NCBI RefSeq assembly: GCF_000150275.1
Contig: NW_002060976.1
Span: 378,854 to 442,853 of the forward strand
Source: Trichoplax adhaerens
Taxonomy: Eukaryota; Animalia; Placozoa
Direction: 5' to 3'
DNA: 64,000 nucleotides
The translations under genes and the position numbers were made by a program. The notes under the pieces were generated by a model, which saw only the letters and a program-made list of their open reading frames with translations, made no database searches and was not told where the DNA came from. Positions 61,976 to 64,000 of the stretch are shown in pieces. Positions within the stretch are counted from its first letter, which is position 1, and each line of letters starts with the position of its first letter.

Positions 61976-64000
61976 CTAGGAATTTTGTTCGTTTGGGATA
62001 ATAATATCATTTCTGTCAATCGTTTCCAAAGCGTTCCGCAATAGATTAAGAGTAGCATTTGGGTATTTCCTTCTGTACCACTGATTAAGCGATTGGATGG
62101 CACTGTTATAGGCATGACCACGATGTTTTGCTTCGATAACCTCAGTATCAATTGTTGGATCTAGGACTGTAGCTAATTTTGTCCAGTCTACACCAACACA
62201 ACTAGCGATCAAGTGAAAATAGTTTCTAGGATCTATAAGGCACGAATGAATATATTACCACATACGTCATCTTAAAATTACAAATTGAAATTATCTTATC
62301 ATGGACTAGCCGAACCCGCATACTCAGCTGTGTGCTATCAATGTGACTCAATAATTTAAGGAAGTACCACATGATTTAAATGTGGATACATTTGTATTAA
62401 TTTAACCTAATTCATTTTACTTATTGTTGGATACTCGCAAGTAAAGTAGTGGAGTAGTAGCTTATATGTTCTAATTATAATCTGAAATATTCGTTGCTAT
62501 TCTAATTAGCTAGCAGAGCTTTGTGAGATAATATCACACATAATAATTACTTCTAGTTACTATTATAATTAAATGGGCAAATTAATTACTATAATTATGA
62601 ATAGAAAACGATTTCATTGACACTTACCGTCATCTCTCACATCTATCCATCGCTCTAAAGGAATGAAATAAAGAAGAGGAATAATAAATTGGCAGTTCTA
62701 TGGTAGTTGAATTGAAGCAAATAGTAAAAGTTATGCACAGTAAAATGAAAAGTACACCTAGAAACGGTTTACAAAGAATGCTCTCTTCCTCTTTCTCTAT
62801 TTATGTGCTCTATAACCTCTATATATGCGTGTCCTATAAAGCTATGGAACTGATTAGCTACGATGTAAAATTAAGAACATTCTCGTACTTCTGATGGTTA
62901 TGAATACTTTTGATGTTACAAAGCAATTGCGGAAAAAATTCAACGAGTTCTATATTGCCAAATAAACAGACTATAATAGATGAACTGGCTATACCGAAAG
63001 ATTGCTATCTATTTATTATTAATAAGAAATATATGTAAATTATAATTAGTAAATACTACCACTTCATCAACTATTGTAGATTGTACAATAATTATTGCAA
63101 CTTGAGAACTAAATTAAGATGGAGATCATTGCCACTCTACTTAATCTCGGATGTGATTTAGCTCGATTGCATTAGTATTTTGCTACAGATTAAGCAAAGG
63201 TGATGTTGTAATAATCTTATTGTAGTGTGTGGAAACGTTTTAACCATCGAACACTTGATATTACGAATAACTTAGGCTAGCGCTCTTGTCAGATACATGA
63301 CGGTAAAAAAAGACGTGGCAATAACAAAGCTACTGGCTGATTTTATATCCTTACCTATCGATAACTCTTTATTATAAATCATCCAATCGTGGAGAGATTG
63401 ACTAGCAAATTGCTGAGTACAATACTCGCATCGAATCCAATTGCTGTCTTCTTCTCTATATTCTTCGGTTATACTTATTTCTTCATTACACTCGTTACAT
63501 TTAACGTAAAATCGGCAACGAGCCCCTTGAAAATTTATCATCCTTTTATCCACAATGGAGATAAGCTTATTCTTGACAATATCGTGCGGCCGCTTGTTAA
63601 ATATAGAATTCTTAACTTTGTCGATCACCAATTTACCAATGTCCAGCTGATTGATTTTCTGATAGCAATATTGTAAACCAATGTAAGGTCCTTCTTTCTT
63701 AATTATCAGGTAATGATCATCATTTGCTAAATAATATTTAGCGCATCGATAATATAATTCTACAACCTTATTATTCCATTGTATTAAACAAGATGATAGC
63801 AGGCTGTGAAAAATTCCATATGGAATATCTCCTTTCTCGTATCCGATGTAAAGCCAATCTGAGGCATGATATTTACGCAAATCAAAGGGCTTAACATTAC
63901 GTGGTAACAAGTATGGAACAAAATATTGCCACTCTTCTGTAGTATCATCCAGTTCATTTCTAATACAAAATAGGATATCATAAGATTCCATGAGTGCAAT
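61976..64000 (-). CDS. ROCO protein copy 3 (3' part): COR C-terminus - linker microexon - Death domain
   Basis: COR exon from beyond 64000 to 63355 (donor ATAG|GTAAGG, phase 1); 27-nt microexon 62654-62628 (ERWIDVRDD); terminal exon 62232-61976 DPRNYFHLIASCVGVDWTKLATVL...SLNQWYRRKYPNATLNLLRNALETIDRNDII (Death domain consensus). Confidence 0.85.

Noticed and set aside
63810-63832. 9-nt deletion (LPD) in the COR of copy 3 as a sign of pseudogenisation
   Set aside because: It is in frame, retains a PxG pattern (IPYG), and the rest of the visible frame and splice sites are intact.

Overview
AT-rich eukaryotic (animal) genomic DNA with short GT-AG introns. The 42-aa 'GHNHPDVAxSYNNIGxVY..QGKYDQA' TPR repeats, intronless GPCR arrays and compact genes are most consistent with a placozoan such as Trichoplax (inference). 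From left to right the window holds: (1) a minus-strand tandem cluster of four paralogous single-exon class A GPCRs, one disrupted, with a trypsin-like gene fragment among them; (2) an 8-exon secreted astacin metalloprotease with a LamG/pentraxin-like domain, whose Met-turn reads SVFHY; (3) a 2-coding-exon SAM-domain sphingomyelin synthase-related gene (SAMD8/SMSr) preceded by unusual minisatellites; (4) a 15-exon ALG1 mannosyltransferase gene that the ORF track does not show; (5) a tandem array of three ROCO genes. The ROCO array is the highlight. Copy 1 splices into a complete TPR-Roc-COR-Death protein of about 1246 aa. Copy 2 has one fewer 126-bp TPR unit and ends in a CARD domain (two exons absent from the ORF track). 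Copy 3 ends in a different Death domain. In each copy the death-fold module follows a homologous phase-1 microexon (27 nt where fully sequenced), and the near-identical TPR units vary mainly at a few codons. This looks like an NLR-analogous, GTPase-switched receptor family with variable sensor repeats and exchangeable effector exons. All gene models were spliced by eye and have no transcript support.
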